Assembly (NCBI GenBank): GCA_005887685.1
Contig: VBHJ01000015.1
Span: forward strand, 2,540 to 66,539
Reading direction: 5' to 3'
Source: Chloroflexota bacterium
Lineage (GTDB): Bacteria > Chloroflexota > Dormibacteria > Dormibacterales > Dormibacteraceae
DNA length: 64,000 nt
A program made the position numbers and the translations under genes. The notes under the pieces were generated by a model that did no database searches, was not told the origin of the DNA, and saw nothing but the letters and a program-made list of their open reading frames with translations. Numbering within the stretch: the stretch's first letter is position 1; each line of letters starts with the position of its first letter. Positions 21,395 to 30,537 of this stretch are shown here, in pieces.

Positions 21395-22077
21395 CAGCTC
21401 TCGGCGGGCGTGGCGTTGCGGCCGCGAAGGACGATGTCCCACCTGTAGCCCAGCGCCCATTCCGGGACCGTCGCGTCAATGTCAAAGTGGGCCGTCAGCA
21501 GATCGCGGCCTCGCGGATCGGGGATCGAGCTGATGATGGGGTCGAGCGGGATCAGCGGATCGCCCGGGAAATACATCTGCGTCACGAGCCGGCTCGCGAG
21601 CGACGGTCCGAAAAGAGAGAAGTGGACGTGCGCCGGGCGCCAGGCGTTGGCGTGGTTGCGCCACGGATAAGCCCCCGGTTTGACCGTCACGAATCCATAG
21701 CGCCCTTCTTCATCGGTCAGGCATCTCCCCGCCCCGGTGAAGTTGGGGTCGAGGGGTGCCGGATGATCGTCGACCGGGTCGACGTAACGCCCAGCCGCGT
21801 TGGCCTGCCAGACCTCGACCAGCGTGTTGCGGACCGGCCGGCCGTCGGAATCCAGCACCCGCCCGTTGATCACGATCCGCTCGCCCAGAGGCTCGCCCCG
21901 ATGCTGCCGGGTCAGATCGGCGTCTCCGGGTCGGACTGGAATGCGCCCGAAGACCGGGCCCGGCGCACGATGAAACCACTCGTCGGGCAGCCTCACCGGA
22001 CTGTGGCGGGGCGCACGCAGCTCCGTGGAGCGGTAGTCCGGATAGAGGTAAGGAGGTTCGTATTCGAGCTGGGACAC
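21394..22077 (-). CDS. pcaH: Protocatechuate 3,4-dioxygenase beta subunit
   Basis: PDYRSTELRAPRH, LVEVWQANAAGRY, WRPAHVHFSLFG, QMYFPGDPL. These are classic intradiol dioxygenase beta-chain motifs. Confidence 0.9.
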   Translation of the reverse strand: MSQLEYEPPYLYPDYRSTELRAPRHSPVRLPDEWFHRAPGPVFGRIPVRPGDADLTRQHRGEPLGERIVINGRVLDSDGRPVRNTLVEVWQANAAGRYVDPVDDHPAPLDPNFTGAGRCLTDEEGRYGFVTVKPGAYPWRNHANAWRPAHVHFSLFGPSLASRLVTQMYFPGDPLIPLDPIISSIPDPRGRDLLTAHFDIDATVPEWALGYRWDIVLRGRNATPAES

Positions 22078-22171
22078 GACCCTTGACGGGCATTATGAAC
22101 TGGCTCAAACTCCGATCGTCGGTACACGGAGCAATCGCCTCTTGCCGGCCTGAACAGGGGAGGAAATTCAG

Positions 22172-23485
22172 GTGTCACTCACGCGCCGAGAAATGCTCAA
22201 AGGCACGGGTCTTGTCCTGGGTGGGTTGGCGGTCCCCGGCGTCCTCGAATCGTGCCTTACCTCGACGTCGTCAACGTCTTCGGGCACGATCAAGATCGGC
22301 TACATCAGCCCGATTACGGGCCCGGCGTCAGGGTTCGGCGAACCCGACGCCTATGCGATCAGCCTGGCTCGCAAAGCCCTCAAAGACGGGCTCTCGATCG
22401 GAGGCACCAACTACTCGGTGGAGATCGTCAATCGGGACGGCCAGTCGACGCCGTCCGTCGGTTCGCAGCAGGCGAACGACCTGATCTCGAGCCAGAAGGT
22501 GGACCTGATGCTCACCACCTCGACGCCTGAGACCGTGAACCCGGTTTCGGATGCATGCGAGGCGGCCGGCGTCCCGTGCATCTCGACTGTCGTCCCGTGG
22601 GAGGCATGGTTCCTCGGTCGCGGCGGCAAGCCCGGGCAGCCCTCGCCCTTCAAGTCCACGTTCCACTACTGCTTCGGCGTGGAGCAGTTCTTTCTCGCCT
22701 ACACGCACCTGTGGCCGCAGGTCCCGACCAACAACAAGGTCGGTGTGATGTATCCGAATGACGCCGATGGCAATGCCATCAGGGCAGTGCTCGCGCCGCT
22801 GCTCAAGACCGCCGGTTACACGATCGTCGACCCGGGTCCCTACGAGGACGGCACCAACGACTACACGACGCAGATTCAGAAATTCATCGCCCAGGACTGC
22901 CAGATCTTCAACACGTTCCCGATCCCACCGGACTTCGCCACGTTCTGGCGGCAGGCTTCCTCGCTGGGTTACACCAAGCACGTGAAGATCGGCCAGATCG
23001 CGAAGACCGGGCTGTTCCCATCCCAGGTGAGCTCGCTCGGCTCCATCGGCAACGGCCTGGCCTCCGGCGTCTACTGGGCGCCGACCTGGCCCTACAAGTC
23101 GTCCCTGACGGGCGTGACCAGCAAGCAGCTCGGCGACGGTTATGAGTCCTCGACCGGCAAGCAGTGGAACCAGCAGCTCGGAGCAAGCCTGTCGCTGTTC
23201 GACGTCGCCGCAGCGGTGCTGAAAGCGAGTGGCAATCCAAAGGACAAGTCAAAAGTCATCGGCGCGATGGCAACGCTGACAGTCGAGACCCCTGTGGGAA
23301 AGCTCGACTGGTCGAAGCCGGTCTCGCTGGCCGGCATGGCGGTGCCCAACGTGGTCAGCACTCCGATCATCGGCGGCCAGTGGAAGGAAGGCGTCTCGAA
23401 GTGGCCCATCGATTTCGTGATCTGCGAGAACGCGGCCGACCCCAACGTGCCGATTGCATCGACCCTGAAGCCCTACACCGGATAG
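22172..23485 (+). CDS. ABC transporter substrate-binding protein, LivJ/Peripla_BP_6 type, Tat-signal lipoprotein-like
   Basis: N-terminus MSLTRREMLKGTGLVLGGLAVPGVLESC (Tat-like RR motif plus Cys). GGGGAGGAA RBS upstream of GTG 22172. It is followed by four matching ABC genes. Confidence 0.85.
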   Translation: MSLTRREMLKGTGLVLGGLAVPGVLESCLTSTSSTSSGTIKIGYISPITGPASGFGEPDAYAISLARKALKDGLSIGGTNYSVEIVNRDGQSTPSVGSQQANDLISSQKVDLMLTTSTPETVNPVSDACEAAGVPCISTVVPWEAWFLGRGGKPGQPSPFKSTFHYCFGVEQFFLAYTHLWPQVPTNNKVGVMYPNDADGNAIRAVLAPLLKTAGYTIVDPGPYEDGTNDYTTQIQKFIAQDCQIFNTFPIPPDFATFWRQASSLGYTKHVKIGQIAKTGLFPSQVSSLGSIGNGLASGVYWAPTWPYKSSLTGVTSKQLGDGYESSTGKQWNQQLGASLSLFDVAAAVLKASGNPKDKSKVIGAMATLTVETPVGKLDWSKPVSLAGMAVPNVVSTPIIGGQWKEGVSKWPIDFVICENAADPNVPIASTLKPYTG

Positions 23486-23495
23486 GACAGTCGGG

Positions 23496-24230
23496 ATGGA
23501 GGCGAGAACTGAATCTGTTCTCGCCGCGGTCGACGTGCGCAAGCGCTTCGGCGCGCTTGCGGTGCTGGATGGGGTCACCCTCGCCCTGAGGCCTGCCGAG
23601 GCTGTTGGGATCGTCGGTCCCAACGGCGCGGGCAAGACGACGCTGCTCAGCGTGCTCGCCGGCTCGCTCGCGCCCGACAGCGGCAGCATCGTGTTTCAGT
23701 CGCGCGACGTCACGTCCAAAGGCGCGGCCGACCGCTGCAAGCTCGGCATCGCGCGCACCCACCAGGTCCCGCGGCCGTTTGCCGGGATGACGGTGTTCGA
23801 GAACGTCCTGGTCGGCGCGACAGCCGGCGGCCGCCGCCGCGGCGGCGAGGCGTACGACCTCTGCCTCGAGGTGCTCGATCAGACCGCGCTGACGCCGCTT
23901 GCCAACCGGCGCGCGGAAGGGCTTGGCCTCATGCAGCGCAAGCGCCTCGAGCTGGCGCGCGCGCTGTCGGTCGAGCCCGCTGTGCTCCTTCTCGATGAGA
24001 TCGGTGGTGGGCTCACCGACGCCGAGTCCGCCGCCCTGGTCGAGACCGTGGCAAGCCTCCGCGACCGCGGCATAGCGGTGCTGTGGATCGAGCACATCGT
24101 CCACGTACTCATGCAAGTCGTCGCGCGCCTGGTGTGCATGGACGCCGGCCGGATCATCGCGGAGGGAAAGCCGGACGAGGTGGTGTCCCAGGCCGCGGTG
24201 ATCGATGCCTACCTCGGAGGCGGCGCATGA
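23496..24230 (+). CDS. Branched-chain-amino-acid-type ABC transporter ATP-binding protein (LivG-like)
   Basis: Walker A GPNGAGKTT, Walker B LLLDE, and the LivG-type C-terminal extension. Confidence 0.9.
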   Translation: MEARTESVLAAVDVRKRFGALAVLDGVTLALRPAEAVGIVGPNGAGKTTLLSVLAGSLAPDSGSIVFQSRDVTSKGAADRCKLGIARTHQVPRPFAGMTVFENVLVGATAGGRRRGGEAYDLCLEVLDQTALTPLANRRAEGLGLMQRKRLELARALSVEPAVLLLDEIGGGLTDAESAALVETVASLRDRGIAVLWIEHIVHVLMQVVARLVCMDAGRIIAEGKPDEVVSQAAVIDAYLGGGA

Positions 24231-24937
24231 CGCTGCTCAAGGTCGAGGCGCTCGACTGTCGCTACGGGTTGCTCCAGGCGGTCCGTGGCGTTTCCTTCGA
24301 GGTCGCGGCAGGCGAGACCGTCGCGCTTATCGGGGCCAACGGCGCGGGCAAGACGACGCTTCTGAGAGCTGTCGCCGGCGCGCACCGTCCGCACGGCGGA
24401 CGTGTCGTGTTCGACGGAGTTGACATCACGACGCTGCCCGCCCACCGCCGCGTCGCGCTGGGGATTGCCCTGGTGCCGGAGGGTCGGCGCCTTTTTCCGA
24501 GCCTCACGGTCGAGGAGAACCTCCGGGTTGCCGCCTCACCCCGAAGGCATGGCCGCTGGAACATGGAAACGGTGCTCGAGGTGTTTCCCCTCCTGCGGGC
24601 GCGGCGCCACACCGCCGCAGCCAAGCTTTCAGGGGGCGAACAGCAGGCCGTGGCGATCGGGCGTGCCCTTATGAGCAACCCGCAACTCCTCCTGCTCGAT
24701 GAGGTTTCGCTCGGGCTCGCGCCTGTCGTCGTGGAGGCGGTCTACCGCGCCCTCGCGGGAATCCTCAACGAAGGCGCGACGGTGCTGCTGGTCGAACAGG
24801 ACCTGACCCGGGCGCTGGGGGTCGCGGGCCGCGTGGTCTGCATGCTCGAGGGCCGCGTGGTGCTGGAAGGACCCGCGCGAGCGCTGGACCGCGACCGCGT
24901 GGTCAGCGCGTACTTCGGCCTGCGGAGACCCGCATGA
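24227..24937 (+). CDS. Branched-chain-amino-acid-type ABC transporter ATP-binding protein (LivF-like)
   Basis: MTLLKVEALDCRYG, GANGAGKTT, LSGGEQQ, LLLDE. ATG 24227 overlaps the upstream stop (ATGA). Confidence 0.9.
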   Translation: MTLLKVEALDCRYGLLQAVRGVSFEVAAGETVALIGANGAGKTTLLRAVAGAHRPHGGRVVFDGVDITTLPAHRRVALGIALVPEGRRLFPSLTVEENLRVAASPRRHGRWNMETVLEVFPLLRARRHTAAAKLSGGEQQAVAIGRALMSNPQLLLLDEVSLGLAPVVVEAVYRALAGILNEGATVLLVEQDLTRALGVAGRVVCMLEGRVVLEGPARALDRDRVVSAYFGLRRPA

Positions 24938-25839
24938 CGCTGCTCAATGCCGCCTTGCAGGGGATTTTCCTCGGCGCCTTCTACGCCGTGCTCGCTTGCG
25001 GGCTTTCGATCATGTTCGGGGTGATGCGGATCATCAACCTTGCGCACGGAGACATCGCCGTCTTCGGCGCGTACGTGATGTTCGTGATCGTCGAACACAC
25101 CGGCGTCTCGGCGTTCATCGCCTTTGCGGCGGCGCTGCCGGTCATGGTCGTACTCGGCTACGTGCTGCAGCTCACCGTGCTGGAGCGAAGCCTCAAGTCC
25201 GGCATCCTGACGCCCCTCCTCGCGACGTTCGGGCTGTCGATCGTGATCCAGAACCTCCTCCAGCTGGCGTTTTCCCCTGACGTGCGCTCGCTGGGCGGCA
25301 GCGCGGGGGCGGTAACGACCGGGAGCTGGCAGGTCACGAGCGGCCTCTCCGTCTCGGCGCTGGGCCTCGTCGTACTGGTGGTTGCGGTGCTCGTTTTCGG
25401 CGCGCTGCAGTTGTTTCTTTCCAGGACCCGCATGGGATGGATGATGCGAGCGACGGCCGAGGATGCCGACGCCGCCGAGCTCGTCGGTATCGACAGCCGT
25501 GGCGTCTACGCGTGGGCAACCGCCTTCGCGGTCGCGATCGCCGCACTGGGCGGACTCTTCCTGGCGATCCGTTCGGTGTTCGACCCCGTCAGCGGACCGA
25601 CCCAGCTCATCTTCGCCTTCGAAGCGGTCGTGATCGGTGGCATGGGATCGCTTTGGGGCACGCTCGTGGGCGGCATTGCGCTGGGCGTTGCCCAGACGCT
25701 CGGCGCTCAAATCCACCCGCAGTTCGCGGTCATGGCCGGCCACCTCCTGTTCCTGGTGGTGCTCATCGCCAGGTACGGCGGTGGCCGCGACTTCCTGCCG
25801 CGCGCGCGCAGGCTGCTCCTGGCCAGGGCCGGGAGATGA
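24934..25839 (+). CDS. LIV-type ABC transporter permease (LivH-like)
   Basis: A 301-aa hydrophobic protein with an ATGA overlap to LivF-like; BPD_transp_2-like. Confidence 0.85.
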   Translation: MTLLNAALQGIFLGAFYAVLACGLSIMFGVMRIINLAHGDIAVFGAYVMFVIVEHTGVSAFIAFAAALPVMVVLGYVLQLTVLERSLKSGILTPLLATFGLSIVIQNLLQLAFSPDVRSLGGSAGAVTTGSWQVTSGLSVSALGLVVLVVAVLVFGALQLFLSRTRMGWMMRATAEDADAAELVGIDSRGVYAWATAFAVAIAALGGLFLAIRSVFDPVSGPTQLIFAFEAVVIGGMGSLWGTLVGGIALGVAQTLGAQIHPQFAVMAGHLLFLVVLIARYGGGRDFLPRARRLLLARAGR

Positions 25840-26834
25840 AGGTCGCGCGCTGGACGCGGACGTCGAAGCTCTTCACCGGCGGCGCCGCCGCGCTCGCCGT
25901 CACCCTTGCCTGCGTACCTCTGGTCTTCGAATCGGACGTGGTGCAGAAGCTCACCACGCTCTTGATCCTGGTCCTGCTGGCGGCGATGTGGAACGCACTC
26001 GCCGGCTACGGTGGCCTCCTGTCGGTGGGGCAGCAGGCTTTCATCGGGATCGGAGCCTATGGAACCGTCTTCTTCGCCGACCTGGGCGTGGCTCCTTACG
26101 TCGCGATGCTACTGGCCACGCTGCTGGCCGGCGCGATCGCGCTCCCCATCTCGCTCTTCGCGCTGCGGCTCCGCGCTGCTCAGTTCGCGATCGGGATGTG
26201 GGTCATCGCCGAGGTCATCTCGCTCATCGTTCGTCTGGACCAGAACCTCGGCGCCGGTACCGGCATCTCTCTCATCCAGCTGAACCAGTACGAGCCCAAC
26301 TTCCGCCAGGCGTACACGTTCTGGCTCGCCCTGGGCTTCACCGTCGTCTTCCTGGCCGCGCTCTTCTTTCTGCTGCGCTCGCCCCTGGGCGCGTCTCTGC
26401 AGGCGATCCGTGACGATGAGGACGCGGCCCGCTCGCTGGGTGTCCGCGTCGCGGCACGCAAGCGCCTGCTGTTCGTCCTGGCGGGCTTCGGCTGCGGAGC
26501 CGCGGGTGTTCTTGTCGTGGCCAACACGCTTTTCATCGAGCCGGGATCGGTCTTCAGCGTGCAATGGTCGGCGTACATGATCTTCATGGTCCTGGTGGGC
26601 GGTCTGGGCACCTTCGAGGGTCCGATCGTCGGCGCGATCCTGCTCTTCGCGATACAGACGACTTTCACGCAGGGCGGCCCGTGGTACCTCGTGGGCCTCG
26701 GCGCGACCGCGGCGCTCTTCGCGCTCGCACTGCCTCGCGGCTTGTGGGGGACGGTCGAGGAACGGCTTGGGCTGCGTTTGCTGCCGGTGGGTTATCGAGT
26801 GGTGGAGGCAAAGGGTGAAGAACGGGCGGCGTGA
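25836..26834 (+). CDS. LIV-type ABC transporter permease (LivM-like)
   Basis: MKVARWTRTSKLFTGGAAALAV... starts at ATG 25836, which overlaps the LivH stop (ATGA). The Arg-rich N-terminal extension of the 25437 ORF was rejected. Confidence 0.85.
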   Translation: MKVARWTRTSKLFTGGAAALAVTLACVPLVFESDVVQKLTTLLILVLLAAMWNALAGYGGLLSVGQQAFIGIGAYGTVFFADLGVAPYVAMLLATLLAGAIALPISLFALRLRAAQFAIGMWVIAEVISLIVRLDQNLGAGTGISLIQLNQYEPNFRQAYTFWLALGFTVVFLAALFFLLRSPLGASLQAIRDDEDAARSLGVRVAARKRLLFVLAGFGCGAAGVLVVANTLFIEPGSVFSVQWSAYMIFMVLVGGLGTFEGPIVGAILLFAIQTTFTQGGPWYLVGLGATAALFALALPRGLWGTVEERLGLRLLPVGYRVVEAKGEERAA

Positions 26835-27270
26835 CGGGCAGCAGGCGGAAGACCTGATGCAGCACCCCGGGCACCTGATGAGGCGCGCGGTCCAGGTGAT
26901 GAACCTGCTGTGGGATGAGGAGGTATCGCGCACGATCACGTCGCCGCAATTCGCGGCGCTGAATGCGTTGTATGCAGAGCCGAATCTCGATCAGCGCACG
27001 CTTGGCCGGCGCATCTCCCTCGACCGCTCCACCATGGCCGAGGTGGTGTCGCGCCTGTGCGATCGCGGCCTGATCCGCACAGAGCGAGACCAGCGCGACG
27101 GCCGCCGCAAGACGATCACACTCACAGCGCGCGGGCTGCGTGCGGTGCAGCACCTGATCCCACGCACACATGCGATGACGGATCGCCTGGTCGGTCCCCT
27201 CCAGACGGGCGAGCGAGGCGAGCTGCTGCGCCTCCTGACCGAGGTCGTTCGCGCGAACGAACGCCGCTAA
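26815..27270 (+). CDS. MarR-family transcriptional regulator
   Basis: Winged HTH LDQRTLGRRISLDRSTMAEVVSRLCDRGLIRTERDQRDGRRKTITLTARG. GGAGG at 26804-26808 lies 6 nt before GTG 26815. Confidence 0.85.
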   Translation: MKNGRRDGQQAEDLMQHPGHLMRRAVQVMNLLWDEEVSRTITSPQFAALNALYAEPNLDQRTLGRRISLDRSTMAEVVSRLCDRGLIRTERDQRDGRRKTITLTARGLRAVQHLIPRTHAMTDRLVGPLQTGERGELLRLLTEVVRANERR

Positions 27271-27300
27271 ATCGTCAATGATCTGTTAACGACGACGTAT

Positions 27301-27984
27301 TCAAATACCCCCTCGTAGCACCGTAGTAACCTCCTCGGAGCTGGTCACCCAACCGAAGAACGTCTGCACGTTGTAGATGGTCGCGCGCTGGATCTCCGCC
27401 GACCCCGCCGGCATCGTCGCGTCGGCCACCATCACGGGCCAGTACTCGAGGAAGTACGCATCGCGAATCGTCGACTCGACGCATACGTTCGACGCGATGC
27501 CGACCATTAGCAGGTTGCGAATCCCCCGACTCCGCAGTACCGAATCGAGATCGGTGCCATGAAATCCGCTGTATCTCGACTTCACGATCACCGTATCTCC
27601 AGGCAGCGGAGCGAGGTCGTCGACAACTTGAAAGTCCCACGTCCCAAACGTGAGCAACTTCCCGTTCAGCTCAGGCCGCTCACGCATGAGGCGCAGGGCG
27701 AGCTCCTTTTGCGGATTGGGCGAGTCCGGACCACCGGCGGTCGAGAGGTCTGGCGGATACCCGATGGTCAGGTAAATCACAGGCAAGCCGGCGCGTCGAG
27801 CCGCCTCGCAGACCATCCGTGCATTCGCAACTACGTCGCGTGCAGGGCGCACGTCCATCCCCGCCAGGTCCAGCATTCCTCCGGTGCTCGCGAATCCGTT
27901 CTGCATGTCGACCACGATCAGCGCGGTGCGGTCAAGGTCGAGCTGAAGCGAAGCCGGCTCAGCCTCCAGGTGGACCGTTCTCAT
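27301..27984 (-). CDS. Isochorismatase-family cysteine amidohydrolase, RutB (ureidoacrylate amidohydrolase)-like
   Basis: LIVVDMQNGF (Asp), VIVKSRYSGF (Lys) and GIASNVCVEST (Cys) form the catalytic triad. The similarity to RutB runs along the whole length (GGMLDLAG, GGPDSPN, FFGWV). Confidence 0.85.
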   Translation of the reverse strand: MRTVHLEAEPASLQLDLDRTALIVVDMQNGFASTGGMLDLAGMDVRPARDVVANARMVCEAARRAGLPVIYLTIGYPPDLSTAGGPDSPNPQKELALRLMRERPELNGKLLTFGTWDFQVVDDLAPLPGDTVIVKSRYSGFHGTDLDSVLRSRGIRNLLMVGIASNVCVESTIRDAYFLEYWPVMVADATMPAGSAEIQRATIYNVQTFFGWVTSSEEVTTVLRGGI

Positions 27985-29216
27985 TCCGAGATGCGGATGA
28001 TTCGCTTCGACTTGAGCTCAGAGCGAGGCAGCGTCCCGGCGGCGACGATTCGGCACCCGAGCCGCACGCCCAGGGCCTGTCGCAGGTCCGCCTCCAGTCG
28101 ATCAGCCGAAAAACCCGCCACCGATGTCTCGAGCACCAACGAAACCTCGTCCATCTGACGCTCGCGCCGGTGCTCGATCACGAACTCGGTCACCTGCGGA
28201 TACCGCCGCACGATGTCCTCGACCTGCGATGGATAGAGGTTGACTCCGCGCACTGTGAACATGTCGTCCACCCGTCCACGGATCCCGCCCACGACCTTCA
28301 GGAACGGGCTCCCGCATGAGCAGGGCTCGCGCGAAACGACAACGCGGTCGCCAGTTCGGTAGCGGATGAGCGGCATGCCCCAGCGGCCGAGGTTGGTGGC
28401 GATCAGCTCACCATCGGCCGCAACCTCAAAGATGAACTCCGATTCGATGAGGTGGACCCCGTCGCGCTGCGTGCAGCTGTGCCCGGTCGGGCCAAGCTCC
28501 GTCATGCCCGTGTGGTCGAAACACGCCGCCGAGTAAGCGGCCTCGATCGCGCCGCGGGTCGCGGGAATGCTCGCGCCAGGCTCGCCCGCATGGATCGTCG
28601 TCCTTACTCCCGCTGCGGACAGATCCACTCCCAGCTTCTCCGCCACGCCGGCGAGTCGGAGCGCGTAGGTGGGAGTCGACAGGAGCACCGTCGCGTCAAG
28701 GTCAATCAGGCTGCGCACGCGCTGCTCGCTTGTCATCGCGCCTCCCGAGATGCACAGCGCCCCGAGGTTTTGCGCGCCCCCGAAGGCCGACCAGAAGCCG
28801 ATGAACGGACCGAACGAGAAGGCGAAGAAGACTCGGTCCGACGACGTCACGCCCGCGGCGCGATACACGTGCTCGGCCCAGATGCGAACCCACCAATCCC
28901 ACGACTCCGCCGTGTCGAGCCAGCGCAGAGGCTTGTCACCGCTGGACCCCGATGTCTGATGAAGGCGGACGTATCGCTCGAGGGCATACGTGAGGTTCGA
29001 GCCAAAGGGAGCGCGATCCTGCTGGTCGGCGAGCAGCTCGGCCTTCGTGGTGAGGGGCAGCCGTTCGAAGTCGTCCCAGCCTCGCACCTCGTGGAGTCGA
29101 GCGCGCCAGAAGGGATTGGTTGCGAGAACGTCGCCGAGCCCCGCACGCAGCTTCTTTAGCTGCTGCTCGCGGATGGCGTCGCTGCTAGTCGCGGACTGCC
29201 CGGTCGCCGATCTCAA
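27981..29216 (-). CDS. PaaK-type adenylate-forming ligase (phenylacetate-CoA ligase / F390 synthetase family)
   Basis: HQTSGSSG, FGPFIGFW, TPTYALRLA, IHAGEPG and IRYRTGD. TTG start; ATGA-type overlap with the downstream hydrolase. Confidence 0.8.
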   Translation of the reverse strand: MRSATGQSATSSDAIREQQLKKLRAGLGDVLATNPFWRARLHEVRGWDDFERLPLTTKAELLADQQDRAPFGSNLTYALERYVRLHQTSGSSGDKPLRWLDTAESWDWWVRIWAEHVYRAAGVTSSDRVFFAFSFGPFIGFWSAFGGAQNLGALCISGGAMTSEQRVRSLIDLDATVLLSTPTYALRLAGVAEKLGVDLSAAGVRTTIHAGEPGASIPATRGAIEAAYSAACFDHTGMTELGPTGHSCTQRDGVHLIESEFIFEVAADGELIATNLGRWGMPLIRYRTGDRVVVSREPCSCGSPFLKVVGGIRGRVDDMFTVRGVNLYPSQVEDIVRRYPQVTEFVIEHRRERQMDEVSLVLETSVAGFSADRLEADLRQALGVRLGCRIVAAGTLPRSELKSKRIIRISE

Positions 29217-30516
29217 GGACGGAGTCGAGGATCTCGAACCCCTCGTCCAGCTCGCTCTCCGTGATGCAGAGCGGCGGGTTGGTCATGATCGTGTTCCAGC
29301 GCACGAACGTGTGCATGCCGCCTTCCAACAAGGCCTGAGCGATCGCCTTCATCTCGGGCGATGTCCCGTTGAAGGGTGCCAGCGGCTCCAGCGTCTGCCG
29401 GTCGCGCACGAGCTCGAGGCAGCCGAACAATCCGATCGAACGCGCCGCGCCGACGCACGGGTGGCGGTCGCGCAGGGCTCGATGCCGGCGCGCCAGCACC
29501 TCGCCCATGCGTCGGGCGTTGCCGACCATGTCGTCCTCTTCATAGGCCTCGATCGCACCCAGCGCGGCCGCACAGCCGAGCGGATGGCTGTTGTAGGTGA
29601 GCCCGCCGTAAAACACGTGGTCGTCGAAGTACGCCGCGACTTTGGGCCGCATCCCGACCGCGCCCAACGGGACATAGCTGCTGGTCAATCCCTTCGCCAT
29701 GGTGATCATGTCCGGCACGACGTCCCAGTGGTCGACTGCGAACCAGCGACCGGTGCGGCCGAAACCGGTCATGACCTCGTCGCAGATCATCAGGATCCCG
29801 TAGCCGTCGCAGATCCGGCGCACACCCTGCATGTAGCCGTCCGGCGGGATCAGGATGCCGTTGGTACCGACGATTGGCTCGAGGATGAACGCGGCGATCG
29901 TCTGCGGCCCCTCGAGCTGAATCGTCTCGTCGAGGTTGGCCAGCGATTCTTCGACTGTGTCCCAGCCGCGCTGGATGCCGTGGTACGGGTCGAGCACATG
30001 GACCACGCCTCCGGCGTGCTCGTTCGCCCAGCGCCGCGGATCGCCGGTCGCCTGAACAGCGGTGCCGGTGGAGCCGTGGTAGGAGCGGTAACGGGCGAGG
30101 ATCTTGCTTCGGCCCGTGACGGCGCGCGCGATCTTGATCGCGTTCTCGTTGGCGTCCGCGCCGGCGAGGGTGAAGAAGACCTTGTCAATGTCACCAGGCA
30201 GCAGTTCGGCCAGCTTGGCGCCCAGGCGAGCCCGTGCCTCGTGGGCCATGAACGGGCTGATGTAGGGCAGCTGCTCGGCCTGCCTGTGGATCGCATCGAT
30301 GATCCGGCGGTCTCCGTGCCCGGCGTTCACGCACATCAGCTGACTGTTGAAATCGATGAAACGGCGCCCGTCGGCGGTGTGGAAGTACACCCCCTTGGCG
30401 CTGGTCACGGGGAGTGGTTTGAGCCCCAACTGCGCGGTCCAGTCGTAGAGCGTGTGGCGGAGGCAGAGCTCGGTGATCTCCGCAGCGCTGAGGGCCTTGA
30501 CGGCCTCGGTCACCAC
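29185..30516 (-). CDS. Class-III (omega) aminotransferase, PLP-dependent
   Basis: FNSQLMCVNAGHG, SYHGST, ICDEVMTGFGRTG and TMAKGLTS (PLP Lys). Confidence 0.9.
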   Translation of the reverse strand: MVTEAVKALSAAEITELCLRHTLYDWTAQLGLKPLPVTSAKGVYFHTADGRRFIDFNSQLMCVNAGHGDRRIIDAIHRQAEQLPYISPFMAHEARARLGAKLAELLPGDIDKVFFTLAGADANENAIKIARAVTGRSKILARYRSYHGSTGTAVQATGDPRRWANEHAGGVVHVLDPYHGIQRGWDTVEESLANLDETIQLEGPQTIAAFILEPIVGTNGILIPPDGYMQGVRRICDGYGILMICDEVMTGFGRTGRWFAVDHWDVVPDMITMAKGLTSSYVPLGAVGMRPKVAAYFDDHVFYGGLTYNSHPLGCAAALGAIEAYEEDDMVGNARRMGEVLARRHRALRDRHPCVGAARSIGLFGCLELVRDRQTLEPLAPFNGTSPEMKAIAQALLEGGMHTFVRWNTIMTNPPLCITESELDEGFEILDSVLEIGDRAVRD

Positions 30517-30537
30517 CTCCGCATCGTACTCGGAGGA

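Noticed and set aside
22078-22171. A TTGACG ... CAAACT promoter-like string and short inverted repeats in the pcaH/ABC divergent region.
   Set aside because: The -10 candidate is poor and the inverted repeats have only 5-bp arms, which is not enough to call a promoter or operator.
25437-25835. Long N-terminal extensions offered by the ORF track for LivM-like (25437), LivF-like (24083), VOC (48013), ABC ATPase (to 55289), pcaG (to 21460), sigma factor (49126) and AlkD-like (61795).
   Set aside because: The extensions are Arg/Pro-rich, overlap the preceding genes, and lack homology to the families. Internal starts with ATGA/GTGA coupling or a GGAGG RBS fit better.
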